DNA of 64,000 bases from Balanoglossus misakiensis (GCA_040954595.2 CM082583.2:3171060-3235059), one strand, 5' to 3'; counted from the first letter of the stretch, positions 24,718 through 38,118 are shown. Notes: generated by a model from the sequence alone, not told the origin. Translations and numbers: made by a program.

Positions 24718-25352
24718 CCAAATCTCTGGCCCGCTCAAACTTGGTATGGTGATAGAGGCCAATGAGTAGTCATGTCATGACCCCTTGAATTTTTAATTAG
24801 TCATGTGACCTGGCGGCCATATTGGACTTTCTGAAAAAATGGAAATCTCAGATTTTCTGAAAACTGATGAAACATTAATATTTCGATTTCTTGCCTAAAT
24901 TTTGACAGTAAACAATTTTTTTTATGGATACGAGTTATTACATAACTGGAACTTGTCACATATTTTTGGGCAATTTTCACATGACGTTAGATCCAGTTTT
25001 TAAAGAAATTAATAATACATGCGTACTGGGGGTATGCCTTATACCACCTTTTGTAAAAGCACCACAGTCATGAATTTTGTGCACATGGGTACTACTGCTG
25101 CCAGGACATGACCCAAATATTTAAGAAATTTTGGCAATGACCTTTGACCTACTTCTGACATCATTTTTCTGCATATCTAATTCCAGTTTAACCTATTGGG
25201 CTAGAGGTTTGGTTTTTGATGCTAGTGTCTATTGACCAGTGAACAGCATGGGACCAAAATAAAAAGTTAAATTTTGGGGTCACCTGTGACACCTGCTTAA
25301 CTCATTAATGTTGTGCATACCTAATTCCAGGCTAACCAATAGGGCTAGAGGT
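24718..25352 (-). mobile_element. Truncated, inverted copy of the 32655-33666 element family
   Basis: Reverse-complement match to parts of 32820-33600 (e.g. AAAGCACCACAGTCATGAA, CTACTGCTGCCAGGACATGACCCAAATATTT) and to the 239-bp core (CCTAATTCCAGGCTAACCAATAGGGCTA). Confidence 0.8.
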
Positions 25353-25507
25353 TTAAATGGTTATAACAGACAAGGTACTCGATCGAGTTTCTGGCCCTGA
25401 GCCGAGTTTCGAGTTCGGGGCTTGGTTTTTGATGTTGATTACCGTCGACCGACGCGATCGCGCGATCACATGACTTACGCGTCAACACTCGCTCCCACCA
25501 GATAGCT

Positions 25508-28366
25508 GGCTTATAGGTACATGTATAAGGTCACCTCCAATTTACATACGCCCATATATGGCTGAAATGGTGTATTTGAGTGTTCTAAAGAACATATGGT
25601 GGCGCTCTTTTTTCGCACGTGCCACCCACTGAAAATCTGTGATTGGCTAGATCTCAGTTGTCCATAACTTTGGCTAAATTTGCATGGGTGACCGTATACC
25701 TTTAAATGGCCCAATCTAACTCTTTCCTCGGCTAGTGGGTGCGCGCATGCGCTCGTCTACACCCTGCCGTCCTGAAGTCGGAGCGTAGGATATCGCCCCC
25801 ATTGGGCAAGAAGTCATGATGAAGTAGCTACATTCTTCCTCATTCATATGTTATACTTTTTGAATTGTTTTTTCTCCAACAAACTATGTATTGCTATAAA
25901 GGCAAGTTTCTGAGCTTTCTAAAATGTAAATAAGCGTGCTTTCATCATTCACTATTTTGAAAACAAGCAAACCATGTCACTGCTGACTAAATGGAACTTT
26001 TCTCCCAGTCAGCAGAAACATTTTGAAGCAATCATATAATAATGATGATTACCTAAACTTTGTATGTCATACTGTAGTAAAACATTTTAAAGATTAGAAC
26101 CTACTGTTTTAAAAAATCAGTTTACTCATATATTTGGCTGGTGCTGTTCCTCCCAGGAATGTCTGATAGAGTAGTGGCTACTTTGCAAAACAATTTGACA
26201 ATATATATGTACATGTGGTTTCTGATTGTTTTTGTGATAAAATATGAAAAATCGACAGGGAAGCCCTGCCACACAGCGTTTCGCGGGGGGGGGGGGGGAT
26301 CAGCAACCTTTGCACACAGACCGTAAGGCACCTGGCCCTGTTGCTACTCAAGATTTTCAGGAAACACATGGGTCTGTAACCACATGTTTTTTGTCCGGAA
26401 AGGGATACTGCCTTTTTTCACCATTTCCACTGTCCGGTTTGCGTCCAGATACCATGCAAATGCATCTTGGGTAAGAACTGCACTTCGCTTATCAAGATGG
26501 CTGCATCTACATGTGCTGTCCACCACAGTTCTCAACAAGACTTATATTTCTGTATGTTATACAAGATTACAGTAAGATTGACCAGATTTTACGTTTTCTG
26601 TGGGAAAATTGAATTCTAACAGAAAATCTTTAGTTGCTATGTTCGATGCACTGTGACTGATATACAGGCAATGGTTTTTTTTTCAATTCAATTTCTTCAC
26701 ATCACTTTTTCTTTGGATGATGCTCTGAGATTTGTTATTGCTTGGTTTTATAATTGTCTTATGTTTTAGTGCAAACTTGAGTGCCCAATATCTGAAAGAA
26801 TGTAACTTCAAAATTGTTGGTACGTTATTGTTTTGAAAACTTTCCTTGGTCAGTTCAATTGCTAATTTATATGTTAGCCAGTCACCAAAATTATCAGCAA
26901 TACCAATTAATGTGGCATTAATACTTTGACAAACCATTGCTATTGCTGTCTGCAAATGTCCACTCAGTCCAAGTTCATTGTATAACTCCTGCTTATATCA
27001 TATTGCATCCTCACTGAAAGCCACTATAGCTGCCAAATTACACACATTTCTTTCCACTGTAAAATACTACAAATATATTCCTTATCCTCTAAAATCCTTA
27101 CCATTAAGCCATATTACTTGCATTTTGCATCAGTTTGTCATCTCTTAGCTGCGTGTTGTCTGTATGGAAGCTGAATAAATCAATGCAGCATCGTTTTAAT
27201 ACATAGCGTGTTCAAATTGCAACATGCAGTCACAATCAGGCATCGATAAGGTGTTCATGTACACCTATCAGTAAACTTATCAGTAAATTTAGATGGACCA
27301 ATTTAAGTTGGAAAATAAAATCATGAAAATAATGCAAAAAGTGGCAGCTCTGGAGGCTTGAATTGGACTATGATGAGTCATCACTATGTGGCTGTTCCCA
27401 AGCACCATGTTGCACTCCCCTATTATTTTCATGTTGTAATATTTCAATGCATCGTTCTCCAAAAAAAACACATTCTTATGCAACCATTTCTTTTCAATTT
27501 TATATGGCTCTCACGTAGTTCACAGAATTACTTGTTCCCGAAAATTTCTCATTTTACAGTATTGAAGGAGGCCACACATTCTGTTAGCTCTTTAACCTTC
27601 AATCCCATTCAACCTAGTTTGCATTCCAACTACCACATCCAACTACACATACACAATACAAGTTCAATTTTACATGAGTAGCGGTTCATGTAATTTATTG
27701 GATGAACTGAAAATTTACCCCGCACCAAAACCCAGAGGTAAAACCCTTATTTCGAGATAAGGGAAACCCTCTGGGAAAGCGTAAGTAACTATACAGATTC
27801 ACCAAGTTTACAAACAATTGTGTTTTTAATTAATGCCTCCTGAAAACCTTACTTAAATGAACATGCTAATCTGGCTTAAAAATAGCAGAAGAAAATATTT
27901 AAGATTTTGTATTGCACGTTTCAGGGAAAACTGAAAAAATATTAATAGTTTATCACTGAATAAAAAAAACTTTCTCAGTATACATGTATCATTACTGGTT
28001 TTGTGTTATATTTTTCTGTGTATAATGTTCACAATCAAAGGGCCACAACCTATAACTTTTGGCACAGAACATTGTTACTGTTGGCAAATACATTCAAATT
28101 TGGCCTTGATTACAAATTTTAACAACAATGCTGACTATGCTCACAAAAAATCATGGTTAAAACTCAAACAAAAATGACTGAAAGTGGCCAAATGTTGCAG
28201 ATTGTGGACCCTAAAGGTATACGGTCACCTATGCAAATTAAGCTCTAGCCAATCACAGATTTTCAGTGGGTGGCACACCAACAAAAAAAAGAGCACCACC
28301 ATATGTTCTTTAGAACACTCAAAATGTAAATTTGAGGTGACCGTATACCTTTAATGTATATAAGCC
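25508..28366. mobile_element. Putative ~2.86-kb DNA transposon relic bounded by 155-195-bp inverted repeats
   Basis: 25508-25703 and 28213-28366 are inverted copies (TTTGAGTGTTCTAAAGAACATATGGTGG ... GTGCCACCCACTGAAAATCTGTGATTGGCTAGA ... GGTGACCGTATACCTTT). The interior has broken minus-strand ORF fragments (26344-26538, 26683-26955). No TSD identified. Confidence 0.55.
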
Positions 28367-28481
28367 TCATCCAAACTACTTTCAATAAATATAAGTACTA
28401 ATAATAATGTCAAGTAAACACAAACTTATAAATTTCAAATTAAATCAGGAAGAAAAAAAAAGATAAACATCAAACTTTGAA

Positions 28482-28930
28482 TACTAATTGTGTCAAAAGT
28501 GACTAATGTGCTGATCACATGAAACTAAACAGGTCTTGAAGAAATATACTGTAAAACGGGTTATTTTCACGATAGGAAATTTTCGCGATCTCAAAATAAC
28601 CTGTTTTACAGTACTAAATGTGTCAAAAGTGACTAATGTGCTGATCACATGAAACTAATACTGGTCTTGAAGAAATATACTGTAAAACGGGTTATTTTCA
28701 CGATAGGAAATTTTCGCGATCTCAAAATAACCTGTTTTACAGTACTAAATGTGTCAAAAGTGACTAATGTGCTGATCACATGAAACTAATACTGGTCTTG
28801 AAGAAATATACTGTAAAACGGGTTATTTTCACGACAGGAAATTTTCGCGATCTCCAAATAACCCATTTTACAGTACTAATTGTGTCAAAAGTGACTAATG
28901 TGCTGATCACATGAATCTATACTGGTCTTG
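28482..28930. repeat. Tandem repeat, 130-131-bp unit, ~3.4 copies, each full unit containing a ~66-bp mini-MITE
   Basis: Units start at 28482, 28612, 28743 and 28874. The embedded element reads TACTGTAAAACGGGTTATTTT...AAAATAACCTGTTTTACAGTA. Confidence 0.92.
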
Positions 28931-31102
28931 AATAGATATACTTGAAGGAAACCTCATCAGTTACAGCCACATCATTAAAGATCCCCACATTTGGGGGGGG
29001 GGGGATTCTTATGTAAAATAACTGAAAACTGACAGTGTATACAATATAGAAAGACAATATTTTAAAAAGTGAAAACAATGTTGAGTTCGCATTTTTCAAA
29101 AAGTGTAAATAATGTGTTTCCTGTAAGCCATGTTATTTCATGTGTGAATTTACTGCCCCATCCCCACTCGAGTAAAAAAAACAAATAATTACATCTAAAT
29201 GGCTTCTGCAAACACATTATTTATGTATTTATCAAGAAAATTTTCATTAAAAAATCAAAGTACTGTACTGTAAACACTCACACACTGCAATTGTTTGCAA
29301 TGTCAAGCAAAGACAAATTCAACACATAAAAAATAAAACAGATATACCGGTATATTGAACGCTACACACACATTTGGAAAACAACAAATGAACTGATCCC
29401 AGGAAATTACACTGGACTCGAAGGATCTATTGCAATTGTTTTTCATCATCAAATCAGGTTAGTCATAACATACATATGGTATTCTCAAATGTATTGCAAA
29501 TTGATTCCTTCTTGTCTGTTATAACCATTGGGAAAACTTCATTGAAGACGTTCCCCCTAACACTGGGGGAAAAATTACACAGAAAGACATGCATGTTTAT
29601 TAAAATGTCGAGTAAAAAAAATTGGAAACTTATTTTATTTAAAAAATATAATCATTAAAATCGAAAAATACACATTCTTTATTTATTATACGCGGAAAAT
29701 CCTGTGGAGAAAGCGACAGATATAAATGAATTGAAGAGGAGCTGCAATCTTGTGACTTCTTCTGCCATGATGTAGACTCGCTCCTAGTCTATGGGCACGT
29801 AAGTCATGGAATCACGATTGCCAAGTACCTTGCGGACGTCTGATTGCACAAAGCCGCGTGCTAATGTTCATGATGAAGTCCGCTAAACCACCATGGGCAA
29901 CAGTGATCGAGGTCGTGGCTAGTGTATCCAAAAAGGGTCTGTATTCGGCGATGCCGACACGGCATCCGGCGTCATGGAGGCACGGCATTGAGACTGAGTC
30001 GTCGGTCTCACGTACGGCTGAGCCAGTGGACGTGATGCTTTTTGGGTTGTGCTCTGCAGCGTCCTCCAGCTGGCATCTATCTTGGGTTATAGCACGTAAC
30101 AACAAGAATTGAAGACAACAAGTTTGTAAAGTGAGGAGAGGAGGTACATGGTATAGTAATTGTCAACGTGACCTGGCTCATTCAAAGAAGTGAATGAATG
30201 GACAGGGGAAAGAAACAAAGCCAGTCAGACGCAAGGTGCCGTGTGCACAGTGCCAGCTGATTGGTCAGGATGGGGTGATTAAAGGTCAGCACCAGTACTG
30301 TTCATTGGTCAGGGAAACAGAAGGGGGGGGCTAGTGTAGTCCACCTCAGTGTATTCACAAAATGCATTTGTGACCAAACACAGATTTCACCTAGAGATAG
30401 AAAGAATATCCACTGTCGTAACCAAAGTAGACAGTAAGCGAAACCAGAAGCCCAGCTCTGAATTCGAAATTCAGGTCAGTATCAGAAACTTGCCCAAAGC
30501 AAGCAAATACAGGAAAAGTATGAAGAATGTTTATAAAGACAAACAATCACCCAAGGGACTAGTGAGCTAGTCTAGCAAGGATGGTGAACCTGCTTCACTA
30601 AATAACCCAATACAACCCCAGACACACAAAGAATCATTAAAAAATGCAAATATGAATACAAAAATACACCTATGGCAATACAGATGCCAAAAGAGATTAC
30701 CACAGCGTACAACCAGGCGCCTAAAGACAATGAAAATTCAAAAAGGAATTCAAAAATATAACCATGGCAATCACACTACACCGATACTGAGAACTCGCAC
30801 ACACCCAAAAATTACCAATATTCAAATACAAAATGGAAAATACAACTGTGGCAATCACATATGCCCAAACACAACTATTGAAATCCAAAATAATCAATAC
30901 AACCATAAAACCCCCATACACTGAACAAAAATCCTGCACAAAAATGTTGCCTTTCCATAAAAAAAATCAGGAAAGGTTAGAGCAGTCATGTCACTGACAC
31001 TGCTCATCAAGATGCACTACAGAATGAAAATAAGTTACACCACTCACCAACAAACAAACATGCATACCAATACACACATACCCCTTATTGGGTACATTAA
31101 TA

Positions 31103-31283
31103 TTACATACATGTGATACATACATACACACATATATACACACATGTACATAAATTACATACACACATACATACACACATACAAACATACATACATACAT
31201 ACATACATACATACATACATACATACATACATACATACATACATACATACATACATACATACATACATACATACATACATACG

Positions 31284-31317
<34 letters not shown>

Positions 31318-31462
31318 CATACATACACAGACAGACAGATCGACAGACAGACAGACAGACAGACGGATGGATGGATGGATGGATGGATGGATGGATGGAG
31401 TGATGGAGGGACGGATGGATGGATGGATGGAGTGATGGATGGAAGGATGGATGGATGGATGA
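31103..31462. repeat. Compound microsatellite (TACA)n-(GACA)n-(GGAT)n
   Basis: Directly visible. It explains the low-complexity ORFs at 30991-31476. Confidence 0.97.
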
Positions 31463-32654
31463 CAAAATGGCTATGAAAAACTCCTATAAAAACAAACGTT
31501 GTGTCATATAGTTATAAAAATCACTGAGACACACTGTTGGATGGAAACCCAGAGTTCAATCCATTAAGCTCCCCTGACTGTACTGTATAGCCTGAAATTT
31601 ACACATCATGTTCATACTTCAATATCAATTACGTCAACATGGCCATTAAACCTCTATTTCCTCTACATTACCAAATCAAACTTTCAAAATGTACAATACT
31701 AGTCATGCCTATCAAGTACAATGGAAAAATGATAATTCAAGTTTGTAGAGAGAGAGGGCAAGTTGAACAACATGCAATGGTGGTTTAGTGTTCATTGTCA
31801 TGTTTGCTTTCTAAACACAACTGTTTCACATAAGTTTTGTACCAATACATAAATAATGCTGTAATCCCTTGTTTACCATTAAGCCTTTATATTTAAACTT
31901 TACTTTGTCTATAATTATGCGCTCTAAGGCTTAATGGTAAACACCTGAAGGCTGTTGTATCCTGTGTTAGTAATTAGTATTAATTTACACAGTGCTTGTT
32001 GCGCGCAATGCTTATTGTGCCTATAGGACCCAACAACCTTCAGGTTAAGCTTAATAAATCGTATAGGATGGGATTAATTTGAAAATATATGCTATTTCAA
32101 TAGCAGTGTTGGCATACTGAGATATACACACTGTATATACCAGTACCCTGCCCATTCTCTCTTTATGACACAATTACAAATAATTGAAATCTGGATCATA
32201 AAAACTGAGGGAAAGATTGATTGATCAATGTTCAACTGAAACCTATGGGGGGTCTGTTCTTGAAACGACAATGAAATCAAGCAAAGTTGGCTTAAGTCAG
32301 TGAAAAGAAAGTCATCTTGTCCAAGGAATCTTCTCAGCATCTGATGCACTGGCTTTTGAATTCCTAAATGTATCCTCTTCTTCCCTATAACAAAATTACA
32401 GCACATTACACTCACCTTGTATTGATTTATAATACCAGCTAGGTAAGAGACATATAACTTTTTAACAGAAACAAAAATGTGTTCCTGTCAACTCCATCCC
32501 AAAGAAGAAATTGATGGCTTCTGTGAGTAATAACATCCATATACACCTAAGTACCTTTATTGTTTTATTGAATGACATTGTAACAGGCTGAGTAGGAGTA
32601 CATGTAAAGGACATCTTGGATCATACAGAGACAAAATTGACATATACATCAGAA

Positions 32655-33666
32655 TTAAAGCCGTTTTCAGGGCCCAAGCTGTTCCCATGGTTACCAGTGA
32701 ATGCCAAGGCTCTATCTGCTCTGGATGCCGAGATATGGAAAAGTGAGCCAAAGGTCACCTGAGGTCACCCAAAATTTGGGCAAAAAATTTTGACCCCATA
32801 CTGGTCCATGTACACCAAAAACCAAACCTCTAGCCCCATTGGTTAGCCTGGAATTAGGTATGCAGAAAAATGATGTGTCAAAAGTAGGTCAAAGGTCATT
32901 GCCAAAATTTCTAAAATATTTGGGTCATGTCCTGGCAGCAGTAGTACCCAAGGGCACAAAGTTCATGACTGTGGTGCTTTTACAAAAGGTGGTATAAGGC
33001 ATACCCCGTGTACTCACAATATGAGGTTCTTAAAATACTGGATCTAAGGTCATGTGAAAATTGCCCAAAAATATGTGACAAGTTCCAGTCACGTAATGAC
33101 TCATATCCATAAATAGAATTTGTGTACTGTCAAAATTTATGCTAGAAATCGAAATATTAATTTTTCATTGGTTTTCAGAAAATCCAATATGGCCGCCATA
33201 ATGATCGACCAACCACAAAGCACTTCGTAAACTTGATAGACATCGGTTAGGTGTCCACATACCCCTAATCCTGTGCCTTGGTACTGGAGAAGATTTTTAA
33301 AATGTTAATGAGTCTTCAGAAAATCAATTGTGGCAAAAAATCTTCATGTTTGACATTATGATTTCAAGGCGGAAAATGGACAGACAGTACGCTAGCTGCC
33401 CACCATATTTGAAGTCAAATTGGCCAAGTAGATTCTGAGATTTCCATTTTTTCAGAAAATCCAAAATGGCCGCCACGTTACATGACTAATTAAAAATTCA
33501 AGGGGTCTTGGCATGACTACTCATTGGCCTCTATCCCCATACCAAGTTTGAGCTGGTTAGGTGCGGCAGTTTTCCAGATTTAGCGGGCGAGAGATTTGGG
33601 GAAGAAGTAAAATAAGAAGAAGAATTCCAATAATACCATTATGGGCACAAGCCCAATAGGGCTTAA
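32655..33666 (+). mobile_element. Interspersed non-autonomous element sharing core sequence with the 18503-20105 element
   Basis: 32716-32865 matches the 239-bp core unit. (AAG)-rich tract and a short terminal hairpin AAGCCCAATAGGGCTT near 33649-33664. An inverted partial copy lies at 24718-25352. Ends are approximate. Confidence 0.65.
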
Positions 33667-33889
33667 TTAGTTAAAGCATGTCCGACTGATATATGTCTCT
33701 GCACTTAAATGTTTTGTTTTAAAAAGATGGGCTGCCTCTTGCCCATACTGAATCAAAATGGCAAAATAAATTGAGGTACATATGTATGTCACAGTACATT
33801 GTCCATGTACCGAGTTTTAATGAAATTGGGGACAAAGTCAAATTAGCATAAATGATATGCCTTGCTAATGCTGTTTGCAGCATAATAAA

Positions 33890-36050
33890 TGTTACCTTTG
33901 AACTCTGCTTGGCTACTTAAGGCATGCTGACAGATCTAAGATGGCAGATGTTGATCATCAGAGAGAAACTTGTATCTGCAAAAATGAAAATATGTCTGTT
34001 AGTAAGTATTTTTGTGTTAAACAAAATAAAAGTATAATGCATCTATGGATAGATGATCTCTTGTCTTCATGGTCAATACAAGATGCCATATTGTTTTGCA
34101 TGTTCATACGGACAAGGCTTTTTGTGACATTCAGATTTTTATTTTTATTTATGGATGTCATGTACTTCAATGGCTGCTCCCACAAAATTCATTTGCAAAC
34201 TCACAACACAGGAATCATGTTACCTGGTTACCAGTTTGGCATCTGGACTGGAGGATATTTTGCATCATGGAAATCTGAAAGTAATGAGAAAAATTGTGTA
34301 AATAGACAATTATAACTGACTCCTACAGACTGCTACTTGGCAGTTAAGATATAATTATTTCTTACTGGGTGTACACTTGTTTTTAGTTCTGGACAATTGC
34401 CAATTTAGTGACGATTTAATGATGAAAATACAAAGCAACTAGTATAAAGTGTTCAGGAAAACACGAGCAACGCGGAGGTCTCACATGACTGCAAGCTATA
34501 TACATGTAATGCTTTGCTGGTTCTACAGAGTATGTGATTTAACACCTTAAAAGATTTAAGCCAAGTCTAGGCTGTTTGTGACATTCAGATTTTCATTTTG
34601 GTTTATGGATGTAATGTACTTTAATGGCTGCTCACACAAAATTCATTTGCATACTCACAACACAGGAATCATGTTACCTGGTTACCAAGTTTAGTGTCTC
34701 GACTGGAGGATATTTCGCATCATGGAAATCTGAAAGTAATGAGAAAAATTGTGTAAATAGACAATTATAACTGACTTCTACAGACTGCAACTTGACTTCT
34801 AAGACATAATTATTTCTTGCTGGGTGTACAGTTGGTATGTTTTTAGTTCTGGAGAATTGCCAATATAGTGCCAAAAATCAAAGGCAACAAGTACAAAATG
34901 TTCAGGTAAACACAAACGACACGGAGGTGTCACATGACTGCAAGCCATATGATGCTCTGGTTCTACAGAGTGGATGATTGACACTTTAAAACAAAGGCCA
35001 AATATTGGGCAAGGCTTTTTGTGACATTCAGATTTTTAATTTGGTTTATGGATGTAATGTCCATGTACTTCAATGGCTGCTCACACAAACTTACTTTGCA
35101 TACTCACAACACAGGAATAATGTTACATGGTTACCAAGTTTAGCGTCGTCTGGACTGGAGGATATTTTGCATCATGGAAATCTGAAACAAATGAGAAAAA
35201 TTGCGCAAATAGACAATTATAACTGATCGACTGCTATGAACTGCAACTTGGCTGCTAACATACACCTAACATACATTTACAAACTTGTAAATTCAGTTCT
35301 ATAAACAAATGTTGTGAATAAATTAACTAAACATTGTTTGAGATTTCAATCGCCAATAGTGGCAAAAGTTCAAATGGTCACATGATATTTTCTCCGCAGG
35401 AAAAGAAAGCTTAACAGATGTTTAATATGTCACTAGAAACTGATTGCGCGAATTTCACATGAAACCATTACGTATCCCACACTTTTTCAATAACTGAAGT
35501 TCTAGAATGTTCATGTGCTTTGGCCGCATTCCCATGAGACGCCTGGGGGCACTCTGGGCTGCATATGGTTACAAGTTACCTCTGAACTTTGCTTGGCTGC
35601 TTTAGGCATGTATACAGATCTAATTAAGCTGGCAGATGTTGATCATCAGAGGGAAACTGTTATCTGCAAAAATGAAAATATGTCTATTAGTAAGTATTTT
35701 TGTGTCAAACAAATGACAGTATAATGTAGCTATGGACAGATGATCCCTTGTCTTCATGGTCAATACAAGACGCCATATTGTTTCGCATGATCATATGTGT
35801 ACATCTTGGCTTTTTTGTGACATTCAGATTTTTATTTTGGTTTATGAATGTAAAGTACTTCAGTGGCTGCTCACACAAAATTCATTTGCAAACTCACAAC
35901 ACAGGAATCATGTTACCTGGTTACCAGTTTGGCATCTGGACTGGAGGATATTTTGCATCATGGAAATCTGAAACTAACAAGAAAAATGGGTTAATAGACA
36001 ATTATAACTGATTGACTGCTTCAAACTTCAACTTGGCTGCTAACACACTC
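33890..36050. repeat. Complex local duplication, 4 imperfect copies of a ~200-450-bp module
   Basis: TTTGTGACATTCAGATTTT...GGCTGCTC.CACAAAA...CTGGAGGATATTT.GCATCATGGAAATCTGAAA...AGACAATTATAACTGA recurs at ~34120, 34575, 35018 and 35815. A second block is shared by 33890-34100 and 35575-35790. Confidence 0.9.
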
Positions 36051-36504
36051 CAACATCTGCAATAAATAATAAATAGTAAATATTAATTCATTTATTATCA
36101 TAGACTAGGAGGTACATTTTCGTATTACATATGGTATACATACATTGTTTTGAGCCTATCATATGTTATTTAGTTATCTAGCTGCACATTATCAATTGTA
36201 AAACTCTAGGATCTGATTTAACCAATAGGCTTATAAAACATAAAACTATTTTCACTTCCATGAAAGAAACATGGACCCGTGCTGTCAATTACAGTCCCAT
36301 GGGGATTAAAAATTCTACCCTACCAACAAATTATAACAGTTGTCATCTTTCTACATATTATGTTCATTGTAATTGCTATATGATACTTTTCACTAGTTTA
36401 AGCTCCTAATTGGAAAATCATCATTATAATTTATGCAAAGTTGTGAGTTCAAGAAAACTACACGGTGCTAAAAGCTGTACAAATTATTTATGGACTAATC
36501 AGAA

Positions 36505-36658
36505 TCATTATTATTAATATCGTTATTTATTATCAGCATCACCACCCTCACCATCATAATCATCATCTTAATATTATTTTAATCATCATCATCATCATCA
36601 TCATCATATCATCATTAATATTATTTTCGTAATCATCATCATCATCATCATCATTATT

Positions 36659-36695
<37 letters not shown>

Positions 36696-36815
36696 ATATT
36701 ATTTTCGTCGTCATCATCATCATCATCATTATCATCATCATCATCATTGTCATCATCATCATCACGGCCGCCATCAACATCAGTTTAACCATCAATGCCA
36801 TCACCATAACCATTA
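36505..36815. repeat. (CAT)n microsatellite, interrupted
   Basis: Directly visible. Similar tracts occur at 38772-38992 and (GAT)n at 48905-48946. Confidence 0.95.
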
Positions 36816-37667
36816 GTAATAATTAACACCAAAATTGCTACCACCATCACCAACATTACAGGAATAAAACAAAAAAAGAAATGACCCACGAAAATCAGAA
36901 ACTTTCAACCCATGACATTCTACAAAGTCTAATGTCTCTTGTTAATTAATCTAGCTTTATTGTATGTTTATTATTATCAGTAGCTAAATTTGTAAGTCTA
37001 AGAATTTTGTAATATTGAACTTTCAAATGAGAATTATTAATATGCATAGTTGACATTACACACAAGTAATTCTTATGTTCATTTACTAAATTACTGCAAT
37101 TTCCAAAACAGACAGACCTATATACATGTTGCTATGTAAATTGCTTTCCCATACAAAAGAGTGCTCACTTTATTGACAAAAAAGGGGGGGAGACAATGAG
37201 CTATTGGTGAAACTGACTGGATGACAATAAAGACAATAAAACACCGGTGCACATCTGGAATACAAATCCTACATAATGCAAATATATTAATCATAGAATC
37301 TGGAATGAAATGTACAATGCAAGTAACAGTCAGTTTATATACAAAATCATCATGATAACACACATAATGATGCAGCATTTTTATACTGCGGGTACTAAAA
37401 CACTTATTCACAAAATTATACTACTTAGGTACCAATTTACATTGAGTGAGTGGTTGCTGGATACGTGTACAGTATGTCATGTTTGTGTGTGCAAGGTATG
37501 TCATGTTTGCGAGTGCAAGGTGTTGCCCTCCCCAAATCTGACTGGCCAGGTCAGAATGGGGAAATATACACATATTAAGTAATTAAATTAAATATCTCTC
37601 ATGTGATATACATGTAGTCACACTTTTTTACATTAAATCCACTCATACACAGAGTGGTATTCAACAT

Positions 37668-38115
37668 AGCTGTTGATCGGTAAGAAGTAACGTATACATA
37701 AAACTGTTATACCAGTTGGTATACCCCATTAAGTTACAAAGTTCATATAAATGTGCCCATTACATTACAGTGTGGTCATCTGTAAAAAAAAGTGTTAGCA
37801 ATGATAAAACACAGCTGTTGATCATGAAGAAGTAACGATTACATAAAACTGTTATACCAGTTGGTATACCCCATTAAGTTACAAAGTTCATATAAATGTG
37901 CCCACTGAGTACTGTACACATTACAGTGAGGGCATCTGTAAAGAAATTGTTAGCAATGCTAAAACACAGCTGTTGATCATTAAGAAGTAACGATTACATA
38001 AAACTGTTCTACCAGTTGGTATACCCCATAAAGTTACAAAAATCATATAAATGTGCCCACTGAGCAGTGTACACATTACAGTGAGGGCATCTGTAAAGAA
38101 ATTGTTAGCAATGCT
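37668..38115. repeat. Tandem repeat, 145-155-bp unit, 3 copies
   Basis: Units start with AGCTGTTGATC at 37668, 37813 and 37968. Confidence 0.93.
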
Positions 38116-38118
38116 TAC

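Noticed and set aside
28482-28930. Regular repeats with a hairpin as a possible CRISPR array (also 18661-19590 and 37668-38115)
   Set aside because: Whole units repeat with no unique spacers, there are no cas genes, and the context is eukaryotic.
28945-28970. CTGATGAG on the minus strand as a hammerhead ribozyme core (similar CTGATGA in the 33.9-36 kb repeats)
   Set aside because: No stem II followed by GAAA and no closing stems.
29700-29815. Possible UGA read-through (selenoprotein-like) after the 29812-30105 minus ORF, since the frame stays open for ~35 codons
   Set aside because: No recognisable selenoprotein context or SECIS, and no evidence the ORF is coding.
30991-31476. ORFs of 96-120 aa (YIHT/MYVC repeats); likewise 36604-36813 poly-Met and 44620-44893
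   Set aside because: Translations of microsatellites.
32385-32415. Apparent ~30-nt GT-AG micro-introns on the minus strand (here and 38091-38118)
   Set aside because: Much shorter than the introns in the confident genes here (>70 nt). Likely chance or duplication by-products without transcript data.
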